In this document: positions 51,601 through 64,000 of the stretch, in pieces
How positions within the stretch are numbered: the first letter of the stretch is position 1
How the letters are laid out: each line of letters starts with the position of its first letter
DNA from: Camelus ferus
Taxonomy: Eukaryota
Assembly: GCF_009834535.1 (NCBI RefSeq)
Contig: NC_045696.1
Coordinates: forward strand, 64,544,001 to 64,608,000
Direction: 5' to 3'
DNA: 64,000 bases
Program-made: the position numbers and the translations under genes
Notes under the pieces: generated by a model
Told to the model about the DNA's origin: nothing
Databases searched by the model: none
The model's input: the letters and a program-made list of their open reading frames with translations, nothing else

Positions 51601-54600
51601 TGGTGACACACATCCTACAAAAAGTGTGGGTCCTCGCTAGGTAGCTCGTTCGTCACTTGATGTGATGTGAGATAGGGATAGAAAAATTGCCTTAGTCTGG
51701 AGTTAAGATTCTAGACTCCCTGCTGCCCAAGTGAAGGCTCCCACAACCTCTCCTCAATGCCATTTGCAACAATATTTAGACTAACAGTAGTGCCTGGACA
51801 GAATAGGCACTAGGTCAGTGGTTGTCAAATAAATGGGTGAGTGGAGTCATCAACCAGTCAGACTATAGCACAACAAAGACATTGGTGAGAGTTCCTAGTC
51901 CTAAATTTGCTGCTCTCTGGCTCTTGCCTAAAAAAGTTTGGGAACATTGAAACCTGTGAAAGAAAGTCACAGAGACATGCTAATTGGTCTCTAAATAAAG
52001 CAGAGCTTCCCAGCAAGTGTCCTGGGAATGGTTTAATGCACGTGCGGTGAGAAACCAATCAATTTACAACTGATGAGGTTCTGCAGCAATGAAGCTGGTT
52101 GCCTGAGGCTCCTAAGAGGGGTGTATGACTGGAGAAGAGTTTGAGTGTATGCCCCGTGGTACCCACAAACTTGGAGAATAAAAGTTAACCTTTTCCGCTG
52201 TAGCAAGAGACTGCCGAGTGTCCAAGGAGGCGCTCTTCCACCTGGATTTCTATCTCAGCTGCCAGCTCCAGAGTGCGGCTGACCACTTTGGAAAAGAGAC
52301 ATGCGATGATGCAGGACTTCCTGTTCCAGTGGACCAAAAAGCATCGCAGACGTAGCTCAAGGCGCAGCCAGTAAGGGTTGGTGGAAGGCTAACTGTGGGC
52401 TCCTGGTGATAACGCTCTTCAACTCTGTCTTTACTAGTGTGGGATACTTTTGTGGCCTGTGTACCCTCGTAGCAGAGTCTGAACTAGCTCCGGGGGACTG
52501 TTCTAACAGTGCAAGTACCATCTGCAAAGTAAAGCGTTATCACTATTTTCAAATACTTGATATGAAAAAAATTTATTGCATTCAGCTTACAAGTCACGTG
52601 GGAATTCACCATTGCATCTGTTAATAAAAGCTAAGGAAAAGTTACTAGATTCTTTAAATGTAAGTTAGCAGTTAAGTATTCAGATGGTTGTAAAAAAAAA
52701 AGTGGCTTTAAAAATTTTTATTACCTACTTTTGCAAATGGTTTCTCGTCGACAATGACAGTTGAGAATTGGAAGAACTCATCACTGAGAAGTGTTGTCAG
52801 GAACCAGCCATTTCAAGAAGAAAACCTGAGTTAGAAATTTTATCGACAAGTTTTGCCGTTGGCAAAATTTCAACTTTCTCTTCAAATTTTTGAAAATGAT
52901 TTATTCATAAATTTTATCAAATTTAATATCTCCACCTACTATGTGACTTTATTTTTCTTATATATTAAAGAGAAAAATCTAACGATTTTTTTTTAACCAA
53001 ACCCTCTAGAGAATCCTCAGAAGAACTCGCTTTCCTTGAGAGTGCCATACAGACACTATCACCAGCTGGGGGTACCAAGGTACGCAAAGCCACCTGCGCC
53101 TACGCACAGAAGGAAGAAAGCGTGATCGGAGTGAGATGAGTTAAGACACTTACCTTGACTTTTTTTTTTTTTTTTTTGGTTCCCTGGAGAACTGTCTTTA
53201 GGCCATGTGATTTAATTCTTTATACTTGGTTTATAAAAACCAGAAAATTGCTGCATTTTTAGTATTTTAGGTATTGCTTATTAAGTCTCCCAGGTTGCAC
53301 GCGATAGGAATTGTTTTGAACGTCTTCTTCTCCTAGTGGACTGGTAGATCTGCTGTGAACTTGTTTTGTCATCCATGGAGAACTGAGCAACCTATTGGGT
53401 TTCCTTTTTGCATGGCCTCCTGCAGGTCAGTAAGTCTCAGCTGCAGCAACAATTATTGTTAAGATGTATTAGAACTATTGCAGTTTGACGTTAAAATAGA
53501 ATAAAACGTGCAAACAGGCGAGAGTTTCGTTACAAAGAACCTGATGTTGTCTGAAGATGAAAAGCTTAATCACCCAAATTGATCTACATACAGTTTCCTT
53601 TTCTTTCTTCTGTTATTCTCCTAACATTTTAAATAATGTCTTTGCTGATGCCTATGCATCGTTCTTGCCTGATTCAATTCTTGATAGGAATGCCCGCCAC
53701 TCCCCTGGCCTCACTGTCTATAAAAGCCAGGCAAGTTAGTTCTTACAATCTGTACAAACTAAGCTGCTAATTGTGACCTACAAGGGCTGAAATGGTCTGA
53801 AATATTGCCATCTCATTTAGCATAGTTACTTATTATAAAAAGATACAAGATCAAGCCCAAGGAAGTAAAGATATCAAAATTTGTGTCTCTTGCTGTACTT
53901 AGGAAAACATTTTAAATGATTGTCATAAATGTGGGTCAAATTACATATGTGAGACATGCTAAAGGTGTCATACTGTCACATCTTTTCTCCACAGTGTCCT
54001 TTATTATAGGACCATCACAATGTTTTCAGCATCTGTGGCCCAGCTTTGTCTTTTCTAGACCGTTAGAACTACTATTTCCTCGTGCCTTTCCTCTTTTTCT
54101 AAATTGTATCCAGTACAGCTGTCCTCTTCTGTGTGTGGTATTTATGAAAAGACTTCTCAGCTTTTGAGGAGGGATAGAAACGGGCAGGAGTGCTCATGCA
54201 GGTGTATTTCTTAGGATTACGTGCACCGGTTCTGTTATTCTGAGTAGAAATAAATTGCTTTTTGTCTTTCACACATGTCTCCCTGAGCTCTTCTGGCGGA
54301 TTACATTCTCTTGAGGACAGAGTTTATATCACTTTTAAAAATCTAGCAGCCGGTGAATCTAGTATATTCTGATGAAAACAGTAGTTGCCTATCCCACTCA
54401 GCTCTATTTTGCCTAATGGAACATGACTTTAAAGAAGTCTGGAAGGTCAGGACTCACTGGTGTGGGAATCAGGAGAGCCTGGAATTCCCAAGTCTAACTC
54501 TGGTGCTACTTTGCTCTGATTTTTGGCAGATTTTTCCATTTTCCAGTATCGTTTTCTCCATCTGTAAAATTAAGGGATTTGGGTTAGTTGTTCTCTAGCC

Positions 54601-55388
54601 CAAAAAAAGTTATGGTAAAATTCTATGGTTTTGTAGAAATAAATTTTTATAAATCTTAAAATATATTTGAGTTGATATGGATTAAAATGAGAATTGAAGC
54701 CTGAGGCTGTATTTCTTTTTTTTAAAGCAGGAAATTTGAGAACCTGATAAGCTGTTGACACAAGTGCTTTTGAGAGGGGAGATGGAATAATTACTAGCTT
54801 ATGTTTAAATAGACAAAGGAAAAGGCTGGTAAATGTTTACATATCATCATTTATCACAAAATTAAAGTAAATGCATACTTACCTGTGTCATTGAAAAAAT
54901 AAGAATCTGTATCTCAATTACTTTACTAAAATGGAGATAGAAACTTTCCTATAATATTAAAAATTTTATTTTAATAGTTCCAAAGAGGGTTGACTTATAC
55001 ATTTGAGATGATATTTATAATTAAATGTATTTGGTAAGATACTTGTAGAAAACTATTTATTTAAAACCATAAATTGTTTATCATGGGAGCTTGTACAGTG
55101 ACTGCTCAAAAACTGTGATAATTAATCTGCTATGACCTCACCAATTTTCCTTAATTAACTCAACAAGTACCAAAACTGTATTCTTAGAATGAAAACACAT
55201 CTGAGATGCTGTTCCCAATAAATAGTCATTTTACAAGTAAAATAAGTATCTCTAACAGATTAACTTTAAAATGTAAGATCGAATATTAATTTGTTATAAT
55301 TGTTACTAAGAAATCTAATAATCATCTCAACCTGTTGTTGGAAATGGAACAAGCTAATACTTTTTTTTAAAATAAAAAGTATCACATT

Positions 55389-57400
55389 TGATCACATACG
55401 ATGTAGAACATCTTTTCATATCTTTATTTCTCATTGGTATATCTTCTTTGGTGTAGTCTGTTAAGGTTCTTGGCCCATTTTTCAATCAGTTTGTTACTGT
55501 TGAGTTTTAGTGTTCTTTGTATATTTTGGATAACAATCCTTTATCAGATACGACTCTTGCAAATATGCTCTCCCGGTTTGTGGCTTGTCTTTTCATTGTC
55601 TAACCAGTGTCTTTCATAGAGCAGAAAGAAATGAATTTTAATGATCTCTAGCTCATTAGTTCTTTTCTTTCATAATGTTTTTGGTGTCGTATTTAAAAAA
55701 TGTCAAACTCAAGATTTTCTCTATATTACCCTCTGGGATTGTTACAGGTTTGCATTTAATATTTAAGTCTGTGATCCATTTTGAGTTACTTTTTGTGAAG
55801 GATGTATTGTCTGTGTCTAGATTCATTTTTTTGCATGTGGATGTCTAGTTTTTCCAACACCATTTGTTGAAAGGCTGTCTTGGTTGTATTGCTTTTACTC
55901 CTTTGTCAAAGATCAGTTGAGTATATTTTTGTGAGTCTACTTCTGGGATCTCTGTTCTGTGCTATTGATCTTCTTGTCTAATGCAAATTAAAACAGCCAT
56001 GAGCTTCCACTATATACCTATTAGAATGACCAAGATCCAGAATACTGATAGCACCAAATGCTGGCAAAGATGTGGAGCAACAGGAATTCTCAGTCTTTAC
56101 TGGTGGGAATGCAAAACAGTATAGCTATTTTGGAAGGTAGATATGTGATTCCTTACAAAACTAAATATACTCTTACCGTATGAACCAGATCTTGGTATTA
56201 ACCCAGAGGAGCTGAAAGTGTACATCCATATAAAAGCTGCACATAGATGTTTGTAGTAGCTTTATTCATAATTGCCAAAATTTGGAAGCAACCATGATGC
56301 CTTTCAGTAGGTGAATAGATAAATAAACTGTAGTACATCCAGATAATGGCATATTATTTAGTGCTAAAAAGAACTGAGCCATCAAATTGTAGACAAGCAT
56401 GGAGGAAACTGAAATGCATATTACTAAGTGAAAGAAGCCAATCTGATTCCAACTATAAGACATTCTGGAAAAGACAAAACGATTGAGACAATAAAAACTA
56501 CAGAGACTCCCCAGTGTTCATAGCAGCTCTATTTACAATAGCCAAGACATGGAAACAACCCAAATGTCCATCAACAGAGGACTGGATAAAGATGTGGTAT
56601 ATGTATATGCAATGGAATACTATTCAGCCATAAAAAAGAATAAAATAATACCATTTGCAGCAACATGGAATAGGATCTGGAGATTGTCATTCTAAGTGAA
56701 GTAAGCCAGGAAGAGAAAAACAAATGCCATATGATATCACTTATATGTGGAATCCAAAAAAAAGGACACAAACTTATCTACAAAACAGAAACAGACTCAC
56801 AGACATAGAGAGCAAACTTATGGTTACCAGGAGGAAAGGGGGTGGGAAGGGAATAAATCGGGAATTTGAAAATTGCACCTCCTGGGCAGTGATAGAAATG
56901 TTAGTTATCTTGATTTTGGTAGTGGTTTCATTGGTGTATACATCTATCAGAATTCATCCAATTGTACATTTGAAATATGTGTAGTTCACTGTACAGGAAC
57001 CATAACCCAATAAAGGTATTTAAAAGAAAAAACTATGGAGGCAGTGTTTGCAGGGTTAATGGGGAGGGAGGAGTGAATAAGCAGAGCACAGAGGGCTTTT
57101 ATGGCAGCGTGGATACTGTAATGGTGGATACATATTTTTTATACCTTTGTTCAAACCTGTAGAATGTACAATACCAAGAGTGAACCCTAATGTTAACTAT
57201 GGACTTTGGGTGGAAATAGTGTCTCTTCTTAGATTCAATAATTGTAACAAATGTACCACTGTGGTGGGAAAAGTTGATAACGGGGGGAGGCTATGTGTAT
57301 ATGAGGTGGGACAAGGAATATATAGATATCTCTGTACCTTTTTCTCAGTTTTGCAGTGAATCTAAAACTACCCTTAAAAAAGTTTTTAGAGAAAAAAATC
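55389..57400 (+). mobile_element. L1MC1-like element with inverted 5' segment (55389-55979 on - strand; 55980-57400 on + strand)
   Basis: L1 ORF2-end sequence switches strand at ...cttgtct|aatgcaaattaaaac. 3' UTR gagtgaaccctaatgttaactatggactttggg...gaatctaaaact is L1MC1-like. Confidence 0.85.
56508..57027 (+). mobile_element. Nested L1-derived insertion (younger L1 3' part joined to an older L1 3' end)
   Basis: cccagtgttcatagcagc...acagactcacagacatagag, then AATAAA at 57009-57014. Flanking repeats aaaaacta(ca/tg)gag(a/g)c at 56493-56507 and 57028-57042. Confidence 0.8.
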
Positions 57401-59859
57401 TCATACCCAGAATATCTTTGATGAATTTATTGCATTGCTGGAAAAGAAACAAGCCTTGTTTGGTTTATGACAGTTCAAACCAACTGTTAAATATTCATAT
57501 GAACCTCCTTCCTCATCACTCAACTCCTAAGAGAGCCATGTTGATGGGACTCTTGGCACAAGGGAAGTCATGTTGGTCTCCTCGTCTCGTTTGCATCCTG
57601 TCCCAGGTGCTAGTTGGTAGCTACTCTAGCTGGACAACTCAGGCGAAGGGTGAAGCATTACTGAACAGCATGGATGCTCTGGTACCAGTACCAGCACATG
57701 CCCTCCGGTTGTCATGAGCTGATATTTTAACTCCAACTGGATAGTAGGTAAGAAGTTGAAAAAGTACGAGAAAGCTTAGGTAAACTGAGGGAGTATATGA
57801 AATACATAGCTAATAACCATATTTTTGAGAATAAAAGTACTTGCCACTTCTCTTGAACCAAAGGTGTTAAAGATGGATTACATAGGATATTCTATCTTCC
57901 CATCATTGTCAATCACTATAAATTAAAAATGTACTGACATGTAAAGCAGTGCTTTCAGTACTTAACTTTTTTTTTTAGAAAAGATTAAATTGATTGCAAT
58001 CTCCATAGCATATTGGTATGTAAAATTTGAGTAGGAATGTGCTTGGAGTTGAACTTGACTTTTACCATTGCAGCATTATCTCAAGCTCCCTGTTATCTTT
58101 CAATTATTCCAGACACGTCAGAAAATAATTTTCCCCTTGATCTGAAATACCAACCTTGTACTCATGGAACCCAGAACTTGATTTTTGGAGTGGAAGCCTA
58201 GAGATGGTCTACTAAAGACTGCTTTCTGTAATCTCCCTTTTTCTCATCAGCTTGCTTATTAAGAAAATCATTATTTTAATGCCTCATGACCCTAACCATT
58301 GGCCCCAATTGTTTGGGTCAGGAGTGGGCATACATAGGGCAAGCCAGGTTAGAGTCGCTTTTCTTTGAGATTTTTGATCTTTGGGCTGAGAGTAGGATCA
58401 CTGTCTCTCTGTGGGTGAAAAGGTTAGCATCACTGGTGTTGGCAGACATGTGTCCCAAAGTGTGGGGACAGGTGATCTATTGCAAGAGAATAATGAAGCT
58501 GTTTTTGGAGAGAAGCAGTGAAGAGAGGTGGAGGGTCTCCTGAAGACTCTCACAACCCTGATTACAGTTACTCCTGAAGCCAGTTATAGCTTTTCTGTTC
58601 AATTATTTTAGAAGATTCTTACCTATTCTTCCAATATATTCTCATTTTGCTTTAGTCTGCTGGGGTTTTGTCACTTATGCCAAATTGAATCTAACACAGC
58701 TTCTTTTTATTGCCTTGTGTTCTGATTATCTACAGTATCTAACAGAAGTAGACTGAAATTCTGTGTTCCTAGAAAAATATAACATACAGTATCCATGGTC
58801 TTCAGAATGGGCTTGAGCTTGAAGCTGAAAATTATGAAAGCTGGTCTACCAATAATTCTCTATTAATCAGTAGGTTCATAATTTTGAATACTGAGTTAAC
58901 TTGGAATAGTGGATACAAATACTCAAGCATAGGAAGAAATATAGATATGGATGTGAATATATGTGTCATATAGTTGCATATGTCTTTATGGGTGGGAAAA
59001 ATTAAGAAAAAATACCTTAGAGATGGCAGTTCTCTTAGAGATCATCTAATGCACTCTTCTCATCTTTTTCAGAGGGATAAACAGATAAAGAGGGATAAAC
59101 TGAGGTAAGCATGGGGAACTGATGTATAGTAATTAGCAATGTGACTTTTTTTAACTTCTAGATCAATGTTGTCTTTGAAATTATCTGTGAATACAAGAAC
59201 ATAAATTTGCTGTATAACCCTTTTTCTCTTGGTCTCAGTTTTTTTTTTCTTTATAAACTGAGTGGTTTATACCAGATAATCACTAAGATTCACTCTGGTT
59301 CTAATATTCTATGATTCAGTGATTTTTATGATGCATAAAATCATTATACAATATTTATATAATGTCAGAGGACTTTGATTTTGTTTGAAAATCTGGATTG
59401 AACTTCTGCTTTTATAAAAGAGGAAGAAAAGCCTGCAAGAGAGAAGAGCTAGGCCAGAGGACAAAAAACCCAGAAGTGACACAAATTAAGGTTAAAATTT
59501 AATTGATCTATTTGTTGGCAATTTACAAGTTGAATCTTTACAAGCTTTTTAAGAGTCATCTTGCATTTTACATCTGGCTTACAAACAGATTTTACCATTT
59601 ACTTTTTTGCGCTTAGTCTGAGCACGATGTTTTTCAATTAAAAATACATCAGAATCAGGTTCGGGGAATAATTCATTAGAGAACACTTACAGCTTCAGCC
59701 TTGAGGACAAAATGTGTTGTATTTTAAAAAGCTTAGCTATAATGATACTATTGAATTAGTCATATCTTAAGGCAAGTTATAGGGAGACCATTAACAATAA
59801 TGTGTTGCTGGGTAATGTAGAAATTTCTATGACACTTTAAGAAAGATAAATTCAAACAC

Positions 59860-60080
59860 ACTCATTTTAGTGAGAGACTTTGGTCTGAATCTAGACTCAA
59901 CCACTTAATATCTGTGCGTCCTTGGGTAAGTTACTCAACACCTGTCTAAGACTCAACTTCCTTTTGTGTAAAATGGAGATGCTATTTATACCTAATTCAA
60001 AGGACTGTTGTCCACATTAAATGAGATAATGTGTGTAAGGGGCTTAGCACGGTGCTGGTCTGTAGTGAATGTTCAGTGCT
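59860..60080 (+). mobile_element. MIR remnant (one of many; others near 2900-3060, 4090-4200, 4600-4780, 11020-11170, 14900-15030, 21600-21790, 23730-23910, 24720-24920)
   Basis: MIR core ccttgggtaagttactcaac...tgtaaaatggagat...attaaatgagataatg...gcttagcac. Confidence 0.75.
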
Positions 60081-60795
60081 GCCCCCAGAAGTAGGCTCCA
60101 TCGAAGGATGACATTTAAACTGTCGATAACTTTGATAGAAGGGAAGATCTTCAAACAAGGTGGACTCTAGGTCTCTGTTTGCATTCCCATTAATAAGTAA
60201 CCTTATTAAACGAAGCACACGAGTCTTTAACAGTGAATGAGAAGGTCTCAATCCAAACATATATCTAAGATCTTTGAAAATCGTACTTAAAATTTATAGA
60301 GTTGTTTGTGGTTTACAATACTTATAAAAGTATGTGTGCCTAGTTTTGAATTTTATCTGTCCACCAAATAACCATATAAGTTATTTTCACTCTTTAGAGG
60401 AAGAAACTGATTTAGAGAGTAGATGTTTACATAGCTAGTCAGTTTTGCAATTGGCACTTGAAATCAGATCTTCTGACTATTTCTGGCTCAGTGCTCTAAT
60501 TAATGAAAGTTTATTAGGCATTTATTTGGGGTGAAGCACCACGATGAGCACTCAGAGAGGTACATGGGAGTGTGCGCCCTTACCCTGCACTTCTCCCTCC
60601 TACTGTCCTTGAGGAACTTCCCACTTTTCTGAGAACTGTCACTACCCATCAGTCTCTAGCTACAGAGTGACTGAGAGAGCTTCCATTGGCAACCTCACCC
60701 CAGCTGTAGTAACCAGCCAGAGAAGCTACCTGATACAAAAATGTGAGATTCAGAAATCTTTTAATAGTCTCTGTCATAGTACATGGAAGAGCGAG

Positions 60796-60797
<2 letters not shown>

Positions 60798-60836
<39 letters not shown>
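60798..60836. repeat. (CA)n microsatellite
   Basis: Direct read. Confidence 0.97.
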
Positions 60837-60839
<3 letters not shown>

Positions 60840-61319
60840 GTGGCGGTGGGGAGAATATATGTGTTAAGTGTGCTACGTCTGTTTACTTTAGGGAGTGTGG
60901 AACCTGATACCTCCCAGGCCAAATCAGATTGTCTCCCCGGGAATTTGGACTTCGAGAAGAGAAAGTTGTCTGGGTGTACAGACTGAAACATACAGCATTT
61001 GGAAATGATGGCGGTCACATTCTGCCACTGAGGAGGGGAGGAAGCCTATCTGAGGCGAGGCAGTCAAGTCAAACCAAGTAGATAGACAGGAGCTGGTCAA
61101 GATGTGAAACAGAGTTCTGACTTCCTAGTTGTTCTCGAGCCCAAAAGCATTCCTTCTTAGACTTTCATGATCTGCTCCAGTGTCCTTGCAATAAATCTCC
61201 CTTTTTGGTTAAACAAGTTAAAATTATATTTTTGTTTTATGTAGCAAAGATTGAGAATTAATCCCAACATCAGGATTAAAGACATGGGGTCTCTGCTTCT
61301 GTGTGTAAGAAACCGACAT

Positions 61320-61496
61320 CAGTATTTCCCAAATGACCACTAATAGCCTAATTGCCTAGAAAGTACTGGAGAGCTTCTTAAAATGCAGATTCCAGAGCAC
61401 ACTCCTATAAGTTCTGGTTCGACTTGGCTTGGAAATCTGTATTTTAACAAGATTTTCAAGTGATTCTGATTCACAACCAGAATGGGAAACCTCTGG
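61320..61496. mobile_element. MER5-like hAT-Charlie MITE
   Basis: Imperfect TIRs cagtatttccca...tgggaaacctctg; core ttaaaatgcagattcc...aatctgtattttaacaag...gtgattctgat. Confidence 0.75.
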
Positions 61497-62626
61497 CAGA
61501 AATACTTCCATAAATATTTGAGGGTCATGCAGTGTAACTCAAAGATGGTGCAGGTCATGTCAATCATAATCCATTAGCTACACTGCAGTGTGAGTACTGA
61601 TTAGAGGGTAAAGTTAAGCATTTCCTCTGATGAGGTTACTATCCCTTTAATGTTTTAGGATAAGGAGAAGAGAAGTCAGACCCAGGGACAGAGGATTTGG
61701 TGGAGAAGGGGGAAGAACTGAACATCAGAGTGGAAGATGTTACTTGGGAAAGGAGTACGAGGTGGTGGGTGGGCAGAGGAAGTGAGGTCACTTGCCTGCC
61801 TGACTCACAGGGCCAGCCACAGCGTTAGGCATCTCTGGCCAGGAGCAAGGGGAAAAACGAAGCAGAACGAAAACTCTTTCGGTGGACGAAGTCACTTGCA
61901 TGACTTTGTGTCCCCTTCCTTGACCTGGCCTCTGCTGGGAAGGTAGTTCGTAGATGTAAAACGTGCTTCCGTGATCTTTGCCTCCCCACCTTATGGGCTT
62001 TTGCCAGATGGGCATCTTGGGAAGAATTACTTCTTAGCCCCAAGTTGACCCTGCTGTAATTTACATTTACTTCAGCATCTTTCTGAAGTGCAGATCATCG
62101 GCAATTCACGGAGCAGCTCTGACCACAGTCAGGCTCACAGGGATACTCATGAGAAGTTTTTCCATTTAAGAAACACAAACAGCTCCATCGATCTTACTAA
62201 CACCCTAGAGGTAAGTGTGAGAACAATCAGAATGGTCTTGGGGTTGGAGTGAGGAGAAAGGATGGCATAATGATTCTTGAGTTGTTTCCTGACTTTGCCA
62301 AAAAGCATTGCTGGGAAGTGGAAACTGGGCGTGGTGAAATTCTCCGTATCTTAGAATGTCAGTATCAGAAGGAAACTTAGCGATTATCCAGTCCATAACT
62401 CTGTCAGTCTCGGAGGAAAGGAAGTGACCTGTCTAGGTTCACACATCTCGTTGGTGGCAGAACCAAGTCTGGAATTTAGATCTTCCAACACCTAGCTCTG
62501 TGCTTAGTAAATGCTCTATAAATAATAAGGCCTTGGACTGTGTACCCCAAACAAAATTACTATGAGTAAAACACATGATGTGTATACGGTGTAAGAAGAT
62601 AGAATGAGGAGAGTTGTAACAATGAC

Positions 62627-63049
62627 TGTGTTAGTCAGTCCAGGCTGCTGTAACAAGATATCATAGTCTGGGTGGCTTCAAACACAGAAATTTACTCCTG
62701 ACAGTTCTGGAGGCTGGGAAGTCCAAGATCAAGGTGCCAGTGAATCCTGTTCCTGGTGAGGACTTTCTTCCTCCTGGCTTACAGATAGATAACCACCTTC
62801 TTGCTGTGTCCTAACATGGCCAGGGCAGGGATGTGGGCAGGTACAGGGTGGAGAGAAAGAGAGAACACGAGAGACAGTGAGCTCTGGTGTCTGCTCTAAC
62901 AAGGACACTAATGCCATTGGAATATACCCCATCCCTTACAACCTCATCTAACCTACTTACCTCCTCACAGACTGTATCTCCATACAGTTACACTGGGGGT
63001 TAGGGCTTCAACATAGGAATTTTGGAGAAGCACAGTTCAGTCCATAGCA
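62627..63049 (-). mobile_element. MaLR solo LTR (MLT1A-like), near complete
   Basis: tgtgttagtc...gctgctgtaacaa...cagttctggaggctgggaagtccaagatcaaggtgccag...gggttagggcttcaaca...ttcagtccatagca. Confidence 0.88.
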
Positions 63050-63399
63050 GTAATTGCTGTCAGACTAGCCCTTAGCCTTCTGTCTTTCCATCTGTCCCAT
63101 GATCACACTGATAATTTAGATGACATCAGGTACTTGCTTTCACTACCAACAACAAAGACCCTGCTGTTGAAAGGAAAGAGGAGGCAAATGCATCTATCAG
63201 TAATGGCATCTTTCATCTATTTTATTTTCTGTGGTGTTTCCTTATGAAGAGAGAAAAGGTCCACAGGAAAAATCAACCCAGTGTAATAAAACCACCAGTG
63301 TAAGACAAGCCAGTGTAAGAGTAACATTGATGATTCTTAGACAAAAGGAAGCATCAGTGTTAGCTGAGTTGAACTGAGTAGTTGTACAAACTGAGAAAC

Positions 63400-63720
63400 T
63401 GTATAGATCCCTTATCTGCAATTCCAAAATCCAAGAAGTTCTGAAATCTGTCTGTTTTTCTGTAAATGTGCAGCTGACTCACTTAGTGGCAAAACCTGAC
63501 CTGTCATAATGCAAGACTGTTTAGTCTTACTTTTCCCACTTACTGAAAACATTCAAATGTCTTATTGAAGGACCAATAAAATAGTAAAGCATTTGATTGT
63601 GGGATCCCATCCTAAGTCCTGTTGGGGTAGTTATAGTGTATTAAGAAAGGTACTGAACTATCTTTCTACAATCCAAATGAGTATGAATTCTTGGAAACCC
63701 AAAGGTTCTAGATAGGAAAA
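63400..63720. mobile_element. Decayed TcMar-Tigger-like element (MER46C-like)
   Basis: atcccttatctgcaattccaaaatccaagaagttctgaaa at the start; cccaaaggttctagatagg at the end. Confidence 0.5.
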
Positions 63721-64000
63721 TAAAGTGAACCTTCTGTTCCGAGGACTGAAGTCATGTGTGTTATGGTAGAGGGAAAAAAAGGCAAGGCTAAGCAGAGGTG
63801 ATTGTTATTCCAGAGTTTGCAGGAAAGGAGCTTTTGCCAAAGTCGTCAGAACAAGTCTGGGTGAGAAGGTGGCCGAGTTGTGCAGAATTGACAGTCCTAC
63901 ATCTGCTAGACTCCAATTACTGCAAGTGGGGTCATGGGATTCTTCAAATGAAACTTTTAGGTCAAAATATATGGATCTGTGTTGTGTACGCTTCTGAGGA

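Overview
Eukaryotic, mammalian DNA, most likely a camelid (alpaca/llama/camel), judged from several copies of a tRNA-derived Vic-like SINE. It contains one protein-coding segment: the large terminal coding exon of MB21D2 (C3orf59; Mab-21/cGAS-like nucleotidyltransferase fold) on the + strand, starting at 30568 after a canonical branch point, pyrimidine tract and AG. Bases 1-30567 are the 3' part of the long preceding intron. A ~1.8 kb 3' UTR probably ends near an AATAAA at 33614. The rest is repeat-rich intergenic DNA (L1, L2, MIR, MaLR/ERV LTRs, DNA transposons). The most solid anomaly is one extra G at 31755-31758 that shifts the conserved C-terminus (KSISVFINPDDVTRPHFRIDDKFF*) out of frame; an assembly error is the likelier cause, but a real allele is possible. 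Other points of interest: a promoter-like element followed by a complete 119-nt mini-intron inside the intron, an AP-1 motif cluster, recursive-splice-like AG|GT sites, a Tigger2 MITE in the 3' UTR, a twin-primed 5'-inverted L1 with a chimeric L1 nested in it, and an inverted pair of same-family solo LTRs. I saw no prokaryotic-type system (CRISPR, operon) and cannot claim a wholly new biological system. Repeat family names and human-protein comparisons are from recall, not from a database search.
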